A stretch of DNA of 64,000 nucleotides, from NCBI GenBank assembly GCA_902625415.1, contig CACOBG010000006.1:496-64495 (forward strand), in the 5' to 3' direction. The position numbers and the translations under genes were made by a program. The DNA comes from an uncultured SAR86 cluster bacterium (GTDB taxonomy: Bacteria > Pseudomonadota > Gammaproteobacteria > Magnimaribacterales > AG-339-G14). How positions within the stretch are numbered: the first letter of the stretch is position 1; every line of letters starts with the position of its first letter. Shown here piece by piece: positions 36,524-47,906 of the stretch. The notes beneath the pieces were generated by a model, which made no database searches, was not told the origin of the DNA, and saw only the letters and a program-made list of their open reading frames with translations.

Positions 36524-37774
36524 ATGAAAAAAATTTCAAAGTTGCGAGGAATGCAAGATACAGATCCTTTTCAAACAACTAAAATTAATTTTGTGGAAAA
36601 CAGCTTTAATGAAATTTCCAAAAGTTATGGCTATCAAGAGGTAAGATTCCCAATCATAGAAAGCACAGATTTATTCAAAAGATCCGTTGGCGATCAATCC
36701 GACATAGTGAATAAAGAAATGTTTACTTTCGAAAGCAAAAGTGGGAAATCGATGACGCTTAGGCCAGAAGGTACAGCAGGTTGCATGCGCATGGCTATAG
36801 AAACCGGATTGCTTGATGCTGGCCAACAAAGATTGTCTTATAAAGGCCCAATGTTTCGATACGAACGTCCTCAAAAAGGGCGATCTCGTCAATTTCAACA
36901 ACTTAGTTTGGAGGCATATGGTTTTAATGATTGCGCCATTGATTTAGAAATGCTAGAGATATCAAATTTTCTTTTTGAAGAACTCTCAGTAAAACAACAA
37001 ATGACTCTAGAAATTAACTCTATTGGTTCACAAAAGGATCAACAAGAATACTCCCGAAAACTAAAAGATTATTTTTCAAAATATAAAAAAGACCTAGATA
37101 AGGATAGTTTAAAAAGATTAGAAAAAAATCCTTTGAGAATTTTAGATTCAAAAAATCAAGATTTAGAAAATCTTATTAAAGAAGCTCCAAAGATAGATCA
37201 ATCAATTTCAAAAGAATCTCAAGATAAATTTTCTTCAATAAAAAACTTTCTAGAGGATTTAGAAATTCAATACAAAGAAAATCCCCTGTTGGTCAGAGGA
37301 TTGGATTATTACAACGATTTAGTTTTTGAATGGAAATCAAACTCAATCGGGTCTCAAGATACCATTTGTGGAGGAGGAAGATATGATTCTTTATCTAGAA
37401 TTATTGGCGGAAGAGAAACCAATGCAATTGGCCTATCAATAGGCCTTGAAAGACTATGTTTGTTAATTGAAGATTCAATAATAAAAGATACAAAATCTTT
37501 ACTAATAGTTTCTCTTGAAGATTCTTTTTTTCTAGATGGAATGAAACTAGCTTCGTCTCTAAGAAAGAAATTAAAAAACCTATCAATACAATTTTCTGGG
37601 AAAGAAAAAAATTTAAAAACTCTCTTAAAAAAAGCAAACAAAAAAAATACCGATTTCATGGTTATAATTGGTCGTGAAGAGATTAAAAAAAATTCCTTTA
37701 CCTTAAAAAAACTTTCAATGAATCAAGAAATTAAAATCGATAATTTTGATTCTTTATTAAAAAATCTGAAATAA
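36524..37774 (+). CDS. hisS: Histidine--tRNA ligase
   Basis: LRGMQD, DIVNKEMFTF, LRPEGTAG, MFRYERPQKGR.RQF.Q, LVRGLDYY, GGGRYD. Confidence 0.98.
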   Translation: MKKISKLRGMQDTDPFQTTKINFVENSFNEISKSYGYQEVRFPIIESTDLFKRSVGDQSDIVNKEMFTFESKSGKSMTLRPEGTAGCMRMAIETGLLDAGQQRLSYKGPMFRYERPQKGRSRQFQQLSLEAYGFNDCAIDLEMLEISNFLFEELSVKQQMTLEINSIGSQKDQQEYSRKLKDYFSKYKKDLDKDSLKRLEKNPLRILDSKNQDLENLIKEAPKIDQSISKESQDKFSSIKNFLEDLEIQYKENPLLVRGLDYYNDLVFEWKSNSIGSQDTICGGGRYDSLSRIIGGRETNAIGLSIGLERLCLLIEDSIIKDTKSLLIVSLEDSFFLDGMKLASSLRKKLKNLSIQFSGKEKNLKTLLKKANKKNTDFMVIIGREEIKKNSFTLKKLSMNQEIKIDNFDSLLKNLK

Positions 37775-37779
37775 ATTAA

Positions 37780-38403
37780 ATGAATTTTCTTAATAAAATC
37801 TATGCCTGGATTCTTAAAAATTATATTAAGGTAATTTCATTTATCATTATCATAGGATTGGCTTATGGAGCTATTCTTTATTATCATTTTCAAGCTCAAA
37901 AAAAAGATCAAGAAGCAGGAGATTTATTTCTAAGTTTTTATAATTTTTATTCAGCTTCAGACTTCGATGAAGAAGAATATAAAATTGTTATAAATGCAAT
38001 TTCTCAAATAGATGATGCTTCAATTTATCTTGCAATGCTTAAGTCTATCAATGCAGCTGAGTCAGTAAAAGGTAATGATCTTCAAAAAGCTTTAGCTGAA
38101 CTTATGAGTGCAAAAGAAATATTAAGCTCAAAAAGCAATAATTTTAATTTCCTTAAGGAAATAATTGATTTAAGAACGGCAAATATTTTTATTGATTTAG
38201 AGGATTTAGAAAGAGCCAAAAAAATTCTTGGTAATAATTTTTCAATCTATCAAACTAACAAACTTATCCTTCAAGGAGATATCTTTGCAATAGAGAAAAA
38301 GTTCAAAGATGCTAAGAAAAAATATGTTGATGCCCTAGCAAGAGCTGAAAATGAAACTCAAAAGAGCCTTATTAACTTAAAAATCTCTACCTTAACTGAA
38401 TAA
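37780..38403 (+). CDS. yfgM: YfgM-family TPR membrane protein
   Basis: One N-terminal TM, helical repeats ending LQGDIFA...A...Y..AL......LINLKI. Lies between hisS and bamB. Confidence 0.8.
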   Translation: MNFLNKIYAWILKNYIKVISFIIIIGLAYGAILYYHFQAQKKDQEAGDLFLSFYNFYSASDFDEEEYKIVINAISQIDDASIYLAMLKSINAAESVKGNDLQKALAELMSAKEILSSKSNNFNFLKEIIDLRTANIFIDLEDLERAKKILGNNFSIYQTNKLILQGDIFAIEKKFKDAKKKYVDALARAENETQKSLINLKISTLTE

Positions 38404-39533
38404 TGAATTTCAAATCTTTAATATATATATTTTTGTTTTTTCTGTTGGTTGCTTGTGAAACAGGAGCAAAAGACGAAGAAATGCCAAATGAATTGAAAAA
38501 AGAAATTAACGAAAGATTTCTTTTTAAAAAGCAATGGTCTGCAAATGTTTTTAAAAATCCCCCGCTAGGCAAAATCAAAATATCATTTGATGAGGAAAAT
38601 ATTTTTGTTTTTGATTCCATAGGAGAAATTAAATCTTATTCATATGAAGGGAAAAAAAATTGGACTATTAAACTAGATTCAGACATTTCAACAGGCATTA
38701 ACTTGGCTTTTGGAAAACTTCTTCTTAGTTCTTCTAATGGAGATATATTTTGCTTGTCTAAAGCAACTGGTAATACCATCTGGAAATATAGCTCTTCTGG
38801 TGAGGTGCTAGCGCCTCCATCAACTAATGGCGACATAGTAGCGGTACAAACTATTGATGGGAGGGTAACAGCTTTAGACTTAGAAAACGGAGAATTTAGG
38901 TGGGATTATAGAAGCGTAATACCAAATTTGACGATCAGAGGTACATCTGAACCTTCTTTTCATGAAAGTTTTTTGTATGCAGGGTTTGCCAACGGAAATT
39001 TAGCAAAAATTGAACCTAGATCTGGAGTAGTTCAATGGGAGATTCCAGTCACCATTTCCAAAGAAACATCCGAAATTGCAAGATTAGTCGATATTGATGG
39101 AAATTTTGTATTTTCGAAAAACGTTGTATTTGTTGCAACATATCAAGGAGACATAGCTGCAATTGATACTAGATCAGGAAGAACTTTTTGGAGAGAGAAG
39201 ACTTCAACAGTTAATGATCTTTTGTACTCAAGAGGGAAGATAATTCTTGTTGATGAAAGTGATAATGCAATTGCTTATTCTCAAAATTCAGGCAATTTAG
39301 AATGGTTCAACAAAGATTTTTTTTTGAGAGATCTAACTTCTCCTAAAAAAATTAAATCGTTAATTGCTTTTGGTGATTTTCAAGGATATCTCCATGCTTT
39401 AAACATTAGCAATGGTGAACAAGTTGCTAGAAAAAGAGTTTCAAGGTCCGAGATTATTTCATTATCTTCTTTCGAAGATAATGTCTTAACATTAGACGCA
39501 AAAGGAAGACTTTCACTCTTTACTTTGCAATGA
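38403..39533 (+). CDS. bamB: Outer membrane assembly lipoprotein BamB
   Basis: Lipobox LVAC, PQQ-type propeller repeats (G...WKY, DGRVTALD..GE.RW), RLVDIDG. Confidence 0.93.
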   Translation: MNFKSLIYIFLFFLLVACETGAKDEEMPNELKKEINERFLFKKQWSANVFKNPPLGKIKISFDEENIFVFDSIGEIKSYSYEGKKNWTIKLDSDISTGINLAFGKLLLSSSNGDIFCLSKATGNTIWKYSSSGEVLAPPSTNGDIVAVQTIDGRVTALDLENGEFRWDYRSVIPNLTIRGTSEPSFHESFLYAGFANGNLAKIEPRSGVVQWEIPVTISKETSEIARLVDIDGNFVFSKNVVFVATYQGDIAAIDTRSGRTFWREKTSTVNDLLYSRGKIILVDESDNAIAYSQNSGNLEWFNKDFFLRDLTSPKKIKSLIAFGDFQGYLHALNISNGEQVARKRVSRSEIISLSSFEDNVLTLDAKGRLSLFTLQ

Positions 39534-39546
39534 TATTGTCCCCACC

Positions 39547-40932
39547 ATGGGACCAATAGTAGCAATAATAGGCAGACCAAATGTCGGCAAATCCTCTCTT
39601 TTTAATAAAATAATCGGAGAAGATAAAGCCTTAATTGCTGATTTTTCAGGATTAACTAGAGATAGGCTTTATGGAAATTTTTCTTTTAAATCTCGAAATT
39701 TCTCAATAATTGATACGGGAGGGATTTCAGACGTAAGAGAAGAAATGAATCTTCTCATACTCAAGGAAATAGATAAGGCCATTGAAGAAGCTGACGGGTT
39801 TATTTTTTTAGTAGATGCTGACTATGGTTTAAGCCAAGATGATTATAAGATTCACGAAATTCTCAGAAAATCTGGAAAAAAATATATTCTTGCCCTAAAT
39901 AAAGCTGAACTAAAGTCTTCAGAAAAAAATATAAATGACTTTTATCAGCTTGGAGTTAAAAGCTTCATCAAAGTATCAGCTAAAAACGGTCTAGGAATAA
40001 AAAATCTCAAAGAGGAAGTCTTGAATCAATTTCAAATTGAAACAAGTTCCAGCCTTGATGACGAAATTGTTAGTCAAAGTATCAAGGTGAGTATTCTTGG
40101 AAAGCCCAATGCTGGGAAATCTACTTTTTTTAATTCTTTAGTTAAAGAAAATCGTTCTATTGTTTCACGCAGGGCAGGCACAACAAGAGATGCCGTTTCT
40201 AAATCAATTGTCTTTAAAAATGACAAGATAGAACTTTTTGACACAGCGGGCTTGAGAAAAAAATCAAAAATAGATCAAGAAATAGAAGGTTTTTCAGTTT
40301 CTAAAGCTATTTCAAGCATGAGATCTTCATCTGGAGTACTTTATTTAATTGATGGAAAAGAAAATATTACTGATCAAGATTTACATCTCATTTCTTTAAT
40401 CGTATCTTCTGGAAAACCTATGATTTTAGGAATCAACAAATCCGATAAATTATCTCAATATGATAAATCAAATTTAACCAGATCTATTAATAAAAAATTA
40501 GTTTTCATATCTGGTATATCCATCCATTACATTTCCGCAAAACAAAATAAAGGCACTGCTAAGGTATTTAAAGAGCTTATAAAGCTCATAAAAAAAAGCG
40601 TTAAGAAAATCGATACTTCGAAGCTGAATGACTTGGTTGAAGAAGCATCAAAGTTAAATCCCCCTCAGATGTCCGGCAGGTTTAGGCCAAAAATTAAATA
40701 CGCAAATTTACTTTCATCCCAACCTACAATTATCAGGATTCAGGGTAACAACTTAGATAAGCTAACAAAACAATATCAAAAATACTTGGAAAATTTTTTA
40801 AGAAAAAAAATGAATTTTGAGGGAATTCCAATTAAGTTGGTTTTTAAAAATAATACTAATCCTTATGGGGATAAGAAAAACAAACTTACAAAAAAGCAAT
40901 TAGCTAAGAGAAAAAGGATATCTAGGCGCTGA
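39547..40932 (+). CDS. der: Ribosome biogenesis GTPase Der (EngA)
   Basis: Two GTPase domains (GRPNVGKS/TRD/DTGG and GKPNAGKS/TTRD/DTAG/NKSD) plus a KH-like C-terminus (Y.KYLEN.LR..). Confidence 0.97.
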   Translation: MGPIVAIIGRPNVGKSSLFNKIIGEDKALIADFSGLTRDRLYGNFSFKSRNFSIIDTGGISDVREEMNLLILKEIDKAIEEADGFIFLVDADYGLSQDDYKIHEILRKSGKKYILALNKAELKSSEKNINDFYQLGVKSFIKVSAKNGLGIKNLKEEVLNQFQIETSSSLDDEIVSQSIKVSILGKPNAGKSTFFNSLVKENRSIVSRRAGTTRDAVSKSIVFKNDKIELFDTAGLRKKSKIDQEIEGFSVSKAISSMRSSSGVLYLIDGKENITDQDLHLISLIVSSGKPMILGINKSDKLSQYDKSNLTRSINKKLVFISGISIHYISAKQNKGTAKVFKELIKLIKKSVKKIDTSKLNDLVEEASKLNPPQMSGRFRPKIKYANLLSSQPTIIRIQGNNLDKLTKQYQKYLENFLRKKMNFEGIPIKLVFKNNTNPYGDKKNKLTKKQLAKRKRISRR

Positions 40933-40968
40933 TTATATTAATTATGCAATATAATGCAGATTTTTGAG

Positions 40969-41340
40969 ATGAATGCGCCGAGATATTTAAATTTATTTAA
41001 GATTGCCTTGCCTTTGCCAGGAGTCTCATCTATTTTGCATAGATTATCCGCCGTAGCAATTTTTGTTCTATCTTTGCCGATGTTTGGTTTGCTGGTTTTC
41101 TCTTTAAGTTCAAGGAGTAATTTCGATATAGTTCTCTTAATTTTTGAAAATTTATTTTTTAGAACTTTATTCACTGCTTTTGTTACAGCAATTTTCTATC
41201 ATTACATTTCCGGAATAAGGCACTTGGTAATGGATTTTGGATATTGGGAGACTCTAAGGGCTGGAAGGATGTCCGCTCTAGCAACTTTTATTTCAACTGG
41301 TTTTTTCTTTTTAAGTTTCATATTCTTAACATGGTTATAA
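40969..41340 (+). CDS. sdhC: Succinate dehydrogenase cytochrome b556 subunit
   Basis: APRYLNL..I.LP...VSSILHRLS, YHYISGIRHLVMD. The start at 40969 is preferred because TATAAT 40950-40955 overlaps the ATG at 40954. Confidence 0.93.
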   Translation: MNAPRYLNLFKIALPLPGVSSILHRLSAVAIFVLSLPMFGLLVFSLSSRSNFDIVLLIFENLFFRTLFTAFVTAIFYHYISGIRHLVMDFGYWETLRAGRMSALATFISTGFFFLSFIFLTWL

Positions 41341-41693
41341 AACTTTTAAAATTAAGGAAAACAGGTGTATTTGATTACATCTTTGTTAGAGTAACTGCAG
41401 TCATTCAGGCAGTATATTTTTCAGTTATAACCTTCTATTGGTTAGTGAATAGAGACTTTAATTACCAACAATTCTCCGGCTTTTTTGATATTCTCCTCAT
41501 AGAAATTTTTACGATAGTAGTAGCGATGTCAATTGCTTATCACTCGATAAAAGGAATTTGGAACGTAGCTACAGATTATCTTACTCAAGCGCAAATTGGC
41601 GCCTCTGCTAAAGTTCTCAGACCAATGGTCATAGGCTTTAGCTGGTTTCAAGCACTTGGACTCATTTTTTGTAGTTTTTTTATTCTAGGTTAG
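41331..41693 (+). CDS. sdhD: Succinate dehydrogenase membrane anchor subunit
   Basis: GVFDY..VRVTA, YHS.KG.W.V.TDY. The start at 41331 is preferred over the ORF-track start 41244. Confidence 0.88.
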   Translation: MVIKLLKLRKTGVFDYIFVRVTAVIQAVYFSVITFYWLVNRDFNYQQFSGFFDILLIEIFTIVVAMSIAYHSIKGIWNVATDYLTQAQIGASAKVLRPMVIGFSWFQALGLIFCSFFILG

Positions 41694-41698
41694 TAATT

Positions 41699-43504
41699 AT
41701 GGCAATGAACGGAACAGGAACCTTATTAGACGCATCTACTTTGCCCGTCAAAGAATTCGATGGAATTATTGTTGGAGGAGGTGGATCTGGGATGATGGCC
41801 TCTCTCCAGTTGGCAAAATCTGGAATGACAACTGCCGTAGTATCTAAAGTATTTCCAACACGATCTCACACAGTTTCAGCACAAGGAGGAATAACTTGTT
41901 CTATACAAAGTGCTGATCCTGACGATGATTGGCGTTGGCATATGTTCGACACTGTCAAAGGATCAGATTTTATAGGAGATCAAGATTCAATAGAGTACAT
42001 GTGCAAAGAAGGTCCTGAGGCTATATTTGAGTTGGAAAACATGGGTTTACCATTTTCTAGAACTGAAGAAGGTAAGATTTATCAAAGAGCTTTTGGAGGT
42101 CAGTCAAAAGACTATGGTAAAGGAGGCCAGGCAGAAAGGACATGTGCCGCCGCCGATAGAACCGGTCATGCTCTTTTACACACACTTTTTCAGGCTAATG
42201 TTAAAGCAGGAACAAATTTCCTCTCCGAATGGTTTGCAGTGGATCTTGTTAAAAATGAAAATGATCAAGTTGTAGGTGTCATAGCCTTCGAAATTGAAAC
42301 TGGCGAACCATACTTTTTAAAGTCAAAAGCTACTGTTCTTGCAACTGGAGGCGCAGGAAGAATTTATCAAACAACTTCAAATGCTCTTATTAATACTGGA
42401 GATGGAACAGGCATGGCTCTCAGAGCGGGCTTTCCGGTTCAGGATATGGAGATGTGGCAATTTCATCCTACTGGAATTCATGGTCACGGAACTCTTGTAA
42501 CGGAAGGCTGTAGAGGAGAGGGTGGCTATTTAGTAAATAAAGATGGTGAAAGATTTATGGAAAGATATGCTCCTAACTACAAAGACCTAGCTAGTAGAGA
42601 TGTTGTAGCAAGATCGATGTTCACAGAAATTCTTGAAGGTAGAGGATGTGGTCCAGATGCAGATCATGTTTATCTAAAACTGGATCATTTAGGACCTGAG
42701 ATTGTTCATAAGAGATTACCTGGCGTAACTGAGTTATCTAAAAGATTTGCTCATGTCGATCCTTCTGAGCACCCAATTCCTGTAGTCCCTACTTGCCATT
42801 ATGCTATGGGCGGAATTCCTACAAACGTGCATGGTCAGGTTATTTCCCAAAATCCAGATGGAACAGATAAAATCATAGATGGTCTTTACGCCGCAGGAGA
42901 AGCAGCTTGCGTGTCTGTTCATGGCGGTAATCGCCTTGGTGGAAATTCTTTACTTGATTTAATTGTTTTTGGAAGGTCAGCGGGACTTCATATCGAAGAA
43001 AGTTTCAAGTCTGGAATAAAAATGGATGATCCCTCGTCTGATGATATTAATTATGCTCTAAGAAATCTAAACAGAGTGAATGTTAGCCAATCTGGGGAAA
43101 ATTTTGTAAAAGTAAAAAAAGATTTGCAAAAAACCATGCAAATGAATTTTGGAGTATTCAGAACAGAAGAATTAATGGTGAATGGAATTAAGGAGGTTTC
43201 TGACCTCAGAGAAAAATCTCAAAATATTCACCTTGCCGATAAATCATCTCAGTTTAATACTGCTAGAGTTGAGGCGTTGGAACTTCTCAACTTAATTGAG
43301 GTTGCTGAAGCCACAGCAATTAGTGCAAATGAGCGAAAAGAAAGTAGAGGTGCTCACTCAAGAGAAGATTATCCTGAAAGAGATGATGATAATTGGCTCA
43401 AACACTCGATTTACTTTTCTGAAAATAAGCAAGTCTCAAAAAGAGATGTTAATTTTAGACCTAAGCAGGTTCAAGCTTTTCAGCCCATTGTGAGAACTTA
43501 CTAA
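41699..43504 (+). CDS. sdhA: Succinate dehydrogenase flavoprotein
   Basis: [16 protein letters not shown] (FAD His), [35 protein letters not shown]. Confidence 0.99.
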   Translation: MAMNGTGTLLDASTLPVKEFDGIIVGGGGSGMMASLQLAKSGMTTAVVSKVFPTRSHTVSAQGGITCSIQSADPDDDWRWHMFDTVKGSDFIGDQDSIEYMCKEGPEAIFELENMGLPFSRTEEGKIYQRAFGGQSKDYGKGGQAERTCAAADRTGHALLHTLFQANVKAGTNFLSEWFAVDLVKNENDQVVGVIAFEIETGEPYFLKSKATVLATGGAGRIYQTTSNALINTGDGTGMALRAGFPVQDMEMWQFHPTGIHGHGTLVTEGCRGEGGYLVNKDGERFMERYAPNYKDLASRDVVARSMFTEILEGRGCGPDADHVYLKLDHLGPEIVHKRLPGVTELSKRFAHVDPSEHPIPVVPTCHYAMGGIPTNVHGQVISQNPDGTDKIIDGLYAAGEAACVSVHGGNRLGGNSLLDLIVFGRSAGLHIEESFKSGIKMDDPSSDDINYALRNLNRVNVSQSGENFVKVKKDLQKTMQMNFGVFRTEELMVNGIKEVSDLREKSQNIHLADKSSQFNTARVEALELLNLIEVAEATAISANERKESRGAHSREDYPERDDDNWLKHSIYFSENKQVSKRDVNFRPKQVQAFQPIVRTY

Positions 43505-44244
43505 TGAATTCTATTGCTGCCAGCGAGATTAAGACTCTTAAAGTAAGTATTTATAGATACGATCCTCTAAAAAAAGAAAAGCCTTATATGCAGGATTTTG
43601 ACATCGATATACCTGCTGAAAAAGATCTCATGGTTTTAGATGTTTTGATGCTTGCTAAAGAAGAGGATCCATCAATCTCTTTTAGAAGGTCTTGTCGTGA
43701 AGGAGTTTGTGGATCAGATGGTTTAAACATTAATGGTAAGAATGGTCTTGGATGTATAACGCCATTATCTGATGCTGTAAAATCCAATAAGCTTGCAATT
43801 AGACCACTGCCAGGACTACCTGTAATTAAAGATCTTACGGTCGATATGAAACAATTTGTAGATCAGTATAAGAAAGTAAAGCCATATCTCATTACCGACA
43901 AAAAAGTTGACACCAAACAAGCAATTCCTCAAACAATTCAGGAAAGAGAAAAACTTGATGGGCTTTACGAATGCATAATGTGTGGCTGTTGCTCTACCGC
44001 TTGCCCGTCTTTTTGGTGGAATCCTGATAAATTTTTAGGTCCAGCGGCTCTACTTCAAGCCTATAGGTTTATTGCCGATAGCAGAGACACAGCTACTGAC
44101 GAAAGATTAGAACAACTGGAGGATGCCTTTAGTGTTTTCAGATGTCATGGAATTATGAACTGCGTTTCAGTCTGTCCTAAAGGCTTAAACCCTACAAAAG
44201 CAATCGGTGAAATTAAAAAAATGTTAGTAAAAAGGGCTTTATAA
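43504..44244 (+). CDS. sdhB: Succinate dehydrogenase Fe-S subunit
   Basis: RSCREGVCGSDG, CIMCGCCSTACP, CHGIMNCVSVCPKG. Confidence 0.99.
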   Translation: MNSIAASEIKTLKVSIYRYDPLKKEKPYMQDFDIDIPAEKDLMVLDVLMLAKEEDPSISFRRSCREGVCGSDGLNINGKNGLGCITPLSDAVKSNKLAIRPLPGLPVIKDLTVDMKQFVDQYKKVKPYLITDKKVDTKQAIPQTIQEREKLDGLYECIMCGCCSTACPSFWWNPDKFLGPAALLQAYRFIADSRDTATDERLEQLEDAFSVFRCHGIMNCVSVCPKGLNPTKAIGEIKKMLVKRAL

Positions 44245-44254
44245 TACTAACACT

Positions 44255-45412
44255 TTGAATTTACACGAATATCAATCTAAACAACTCCTTGAAGACTTTG
44301 GCCTACCCACAGCAAAGTCAGTTGTAGCCTTTTCTGTAAAAGAAGCTTCCGAATTACTCAGTGAATTGAGTGGCAAAGAATTTGTTGTCAAGGTTCAAGT
44401 TCATGCAGGCGGAAGAGGAAAAGTGGGGGGAGTCAAAATAACTGATAAGAAAGATGAAATTACAGAATTTGCAAAGGATTGGCTAGGAAAAAAATTTGTA
44501 AATCATCAAACTGGTGATGAGGGAAAACCAGTCTCTGCAATAATGATTGCAGAAAGTACGATTATCCAGAAAGAACTTTATCTTGGCGCTGTTATAGATA
44601 GGAGTTCGCAATCGTTGGTGGTGATGGCTTCACCAGAAGGCGGTATGGATATTGAAAAAGTTGCTGAAGAAAATCCTGAGAAGATTTTTAAGATCTATGT
44701 CAGCAAAAATAAAAAAGAAGATTTTGATATATCAACTCTAGTAAACGGTCTTGAGCTCTCTTCTTCACAAACCACTGAATTAAAAAAAGTAGTTACTGGG
44801 CTGATAAATTTATTTTTTGAAAAAGATCTTTCTTTGATAGAAATCAATCCCTTAGTTATAGATGAAAACGACTCTTTAAAGTGTTTAGACGTAAAAATAA
44901 ATATCGATGAAAATGCATTGTTTAGACAAGAAGGTCTTTTGGAACTTAGAGATTCTTCTCAAGAAAATCAAAAAGAAATTGAAGCAGCAAAATGGGATCT
45001 CAACTATGTGGCTTTGGATGGAAATATAGGATGTATGGTGAATGGAGCTGGTCTTGCAATGGCAACTATGGATATTATTAAGCTTTCTGGTGGATTTCCA
45101 GCTAATTTTCTAGACGTTGGAGGCACTGTAGACAAAGAAAGAGTTGCCGAGGCTTTTAAGATCATCCTTTCTGATGAAAAAGTTAAATCGGTCTTAATAA
45201 ATATTTTTGGTGGAATTGTAAGGTGCGATGTCGTTGCCTCTGGGATAGTTTCAGCAGTCTCAGAAGTAGGAGTTGATTTACCTGTAATAGTGAGACTGAA
45301 AGGTAATAATTCAGAAGAAGCAAAACAAATTCTTTCTGAAAGTGATCTAAATATTATTTCTGCAGATGACCTTTCAGAAGCTGCTGAATTGGCAGTTAAA
45401 AATTCATTATGA
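44255..45412 (+). CDS. sucC: Succinyl-CoA synthetase beta subunit (TTG start)
   Basis: [57 protein letters not shown]. Confidence 0.98.
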   Translation: MNLHEYQSKQLLEDFGLPTAKSVVAFSVKEASELLSELSGKEFVVKVQVHAGGRGKVGGVKITDKKDEITEFAKDWLGKKFVNHQTGDEGKPVSAIMIAESTIIQKELYLGAVIDRSSQSLVVMASPEGGMDIEKVAEENPEKIFKIYVSKNKKEDFDISTLVNGLELSSSQTTELKKVVTGLINLFFEKDLSLIEINPLVIDENDSLKCLDVKINIDENALFRQEGLLELRDSSQENQKEIEAAKWDLNYVALDGNIGCMVNGAGLAMATMDIIKLSGGFPANFLDVGGTVDKERVAEAFKIILSDEKVKSVLINIFGGIVRCDVVASGIVSAVSEVGVDLPVIVRLKGNNSEEAKQILSESDLNIISADDLSEAAELAVKNSL

Positions 45413-46281
45413 GTATCTTAATTAATAAAGATACTAAAGTAATTTGTCAGGGATTTACTGGGTCTCAAGGTACACTGCATTGCAGCCAAGCAATAGAGTA
45501 TGGAACTAATATTTTGGGTGGAGTAACTCCCGGAAAGGGAGGGCAAACTCATTTAAATCTTCCAGTCTTTAACTCCGTTCAAGAAGCAAAACAAGCTACA
45601 AAGGCTAATGCCAGTATAATTTTTGTTCCTGCTAAATTTTGTAAACCTTCAATAATCGAGGCAATAGAAAGCGGTATCGAATTAATAATCTGTATAACTG
45701 AAGGCATTCCAACCCTTGATATGTTAGAAGTCAAAGAACTTGCAGACAAGGAAGGCACTAGAATTATTGGTCCAAATTGTCCGGGAATAATCACTCCAAG
45801 CGAATGCAAATTAGGAATTATGCCAGGCTTCATTCATAGTCCCGGCAAGGTTGGAATTGTTTCTAGGTCGGGAACTCTAACTTACGAAGCAGTTGATCAA
45901 ACCACTAGAGTGGGCCTAGGACAGTCTACTTGTGTAGGTATTGGCGGAGATCCACTTCCTGGTACAAGCTTCATTGATGTTTTAAAACTATTTGAAGAGG
46001 ACCCACAAACTGAGGGAATTGTTATGGTAGGGGAAATTGGGGGTTCAGCCGAAGAAGAAGCCGCAGAATACATCAAAGAAAATGTTTCAAAGCCTGTTGT
46101 AGGATATATTGCGGGAGTAAGTGCACCCCCAGGAAAAAGAATGGGCCATGCAGGCGCAATAATCTCTGGTGGGAAAGGAACAGCAGCGGATAAATTTTAT
46201 GCTCTAGAAAATGCTGGGGTGAGGACTGTTCAAAGTCCGTCTGAAATAGGAAATTCTATTTTGGAAGAAATCTCTTCTTAA
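45409..46281 (+). CDS. sucD: Succinyl-CoA synthetase alpha subunit
   Basis: [48 protein letters not shown]. Confidence 0.98.
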   Translation: MSILINKDTKVICQGFTGSQGTLHCSQAIEYGTNILGGVTPGKGGQTHLNLPVFNSVQEAKQATKANASIIFVPAKFCKPSIIEAIESGIELIICITEGIPTLDMLEVKELADKEGTRIIGPNCPGIITPSECKLGIMPGFIHSPGKVGIVSRSGTLTYEAVDQTTRVGLGQSTCVGIGGDPLPGTSFIDVLKLFEEDPQTEGIVMVGEIGGSAEEEAAEYIKENVSKPVVGYIAGVSAPPGKRMGHAGAIISGGKGTAADKFYALENAGVRTVQSPSEIGNSILEEISS

Positions 46282-47906
46282 GATTGATGATCAAGAAGAT
46301 TAAGATCTTCTTTTGATAAAAAACAAAAGCCATAAGAAGACAGTTTTAGTTTTTTAGTTTTTTGGCTGATATTCTGAGACGGAAGAAAAGGTATGATTTT
46401 TCCATAAGTATTATCTATAGCAATTTCTCTTTGCGATAAATTAAACATACAACAAATTTCTTTCTCATTTCCTCTATAAAAAATCAAAACTTCATTATTA
46501 TTTTCAAAATAAATCTCTTCAGTAAAGAAGGATATTTTTTTTCTTAAAGAAATAAATTTCTTATAAAAATAATAGGTTGAGTTTCTGTTTTTTAATTGGT
46601 TTTTAACAGAGTTGATAATTTGTTCTTTTTTAATTGGAAGCCAGGGCTTTGCATTTGAAAAGCCAGCAAATTTTTTGCTTTCATCCCAAATCATGGGAGT
46701 TCTACAACCATCTCTACCAAAATCCATGGGCCAGAATTTTTTTCCAGGAGGATCTTTAATTTCATCAAACTCAATTTTGGTTTGAGTTTGACCAAGCTCT
46801 TCACCTTGGTAAATGCATGGCGTTCCTTTAAGTGACATGAGTAACGCACAGGTTAATTTTGCAAATTTTTGTCTATCTTTTTTTGTTTTATTCCACCTAG
46901 ACAAATGCCTCACTACATCGTGATTGGAAAAACTCCAAGTCGGCCATCCATCTTTTGTTTCTTTAAAAAATTTAGAAACAGTATTCCTTATGTGTTTCGG
47001 AGAAAATTCATTTCTGAGAAGATCAAAACTGTAAGCCATATGCAGCTTGTCATTATTTGCGGTATATTTAGCTTGTAATTCAACATTTGAAATTTCTCCA
47101 ATCATCGTAGTTTCTTTATATTCATCTGTTAGCTTCCTAAGCTTTTTTAGAAATGCATAATTATCCTTTTGGTTAATCGAATATTTCAAATTTTGGAAAT
47201 AATAAGGATTTTTTCCAGAAGCTCTTGATTTGATAGCAGGATTATTTCTTAATTTTTTATCATGAAAATAATAATTTGCGGTATCAAGCCTAAAGCCATC
47301 AACACCTTTTTCTAACCAAAACTTAACAGTTGAAAGTAACCATTTCTGAACATCTTTATTATGAAAGTTAAAGTCCGGTTGTGACTTTAAAAAATTATGT
47401 AAGTAATATTGTTCTCTACTGGTATCCCATTCCCATGCAGAACCTCCAAAAACAGAAAGCCAATTATTTGGAGGAGAGCCATCAGGTTTAGCATCAGCCC
47501 AGACATACCAATCCGATTTCGAATTATTTTTACTTGATTTACTGATCTTAAAGAAAGGATGAGCATCAGAACTATGTGACAAAACTTGATCGATTATTAT
47601 TTTAATTTTATTTTTTTTGGCTTTTTCTATGAGCTCTTCAAAGTCAAGAATATTTCCAAATAAGGGATCAATGTCAGTGTAATCTGAAACATCGTAGCCC
47701 ATATCTTTCATAGGAGACGTAAAAATTGGAGAAAGCCATATTGCATCAACACCTAACGAAGATAAATAAGAAATTTTTTTGGATATTCCTTTGAGGTCAC
47801 CGATACCATTTCCAGTAGTGTCATTGAAAGAACGTGGATAAATCTGGTAAATAACTCCTTTTTTCCACCAAGGGAGAACGGTTTCTGAAGAAAACTTTTT
47901 AGTCAC
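46278..47906 (-). CDS. GH13 alpha-glucosidase (GTG start)
   Basis: [33 protein letters not shown] (nucleophile), IGEIS (acid/base), [14 protein letters not shown]. Confidence 0.93.
   Translation of the reverse strand: MTKKFSSETVLPWWKKGVIYQIYPRSFNDTTGNGIGDLKGISKKISYLSSLGVDAIWLSPIFTSPMKDMGYDVSDYTDIDPLFGNILDFEELIEKAKKNKIKIIIDQVLSHSSDAHPFFKISKSSKNNSKSDWYVWADAKPDGSPPNNWLSVFGGSAWEWDTSREQYYLHNFLKSQPDFNFHNKDVQKWLLSTVKFWLEKGVDGFRLDTANYYFHDKKLRNNPAIKSRASGKNPYYFQNLKYSINQKDNYAFLKKLRKLTDEYKETTMIGEISNVELQAKYTANNDKLHMAYSFDLLRNEFSPKHIRNTVSKFFKETKDGWPTWSFSNHDVVRHLSRWNKTKKDRQKFAKLTCALLMSLKGTPCIYQGEELGQTQTKIEFDEIKDPPGKKFWPMDFGRDGCRTPMIWDESKKFAGFSNAKPWLPIKKEQIINSVKNQLKNRNSTYYFYKKFISLRKKISFFTEEIYFENNNEVLIFYRGNEKEICCMFNLSQREIAIDNTYGKIIPFLPSQNISQKTKKLKLSSYGFCFLSKEDLNLLDHQS

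Noticed and set aside
39895-39915. Der first-domain G4 motif NKAE instead of NKxD
   Set aside because: A single conservative change in a domain known to vary; the second domain is canonical.
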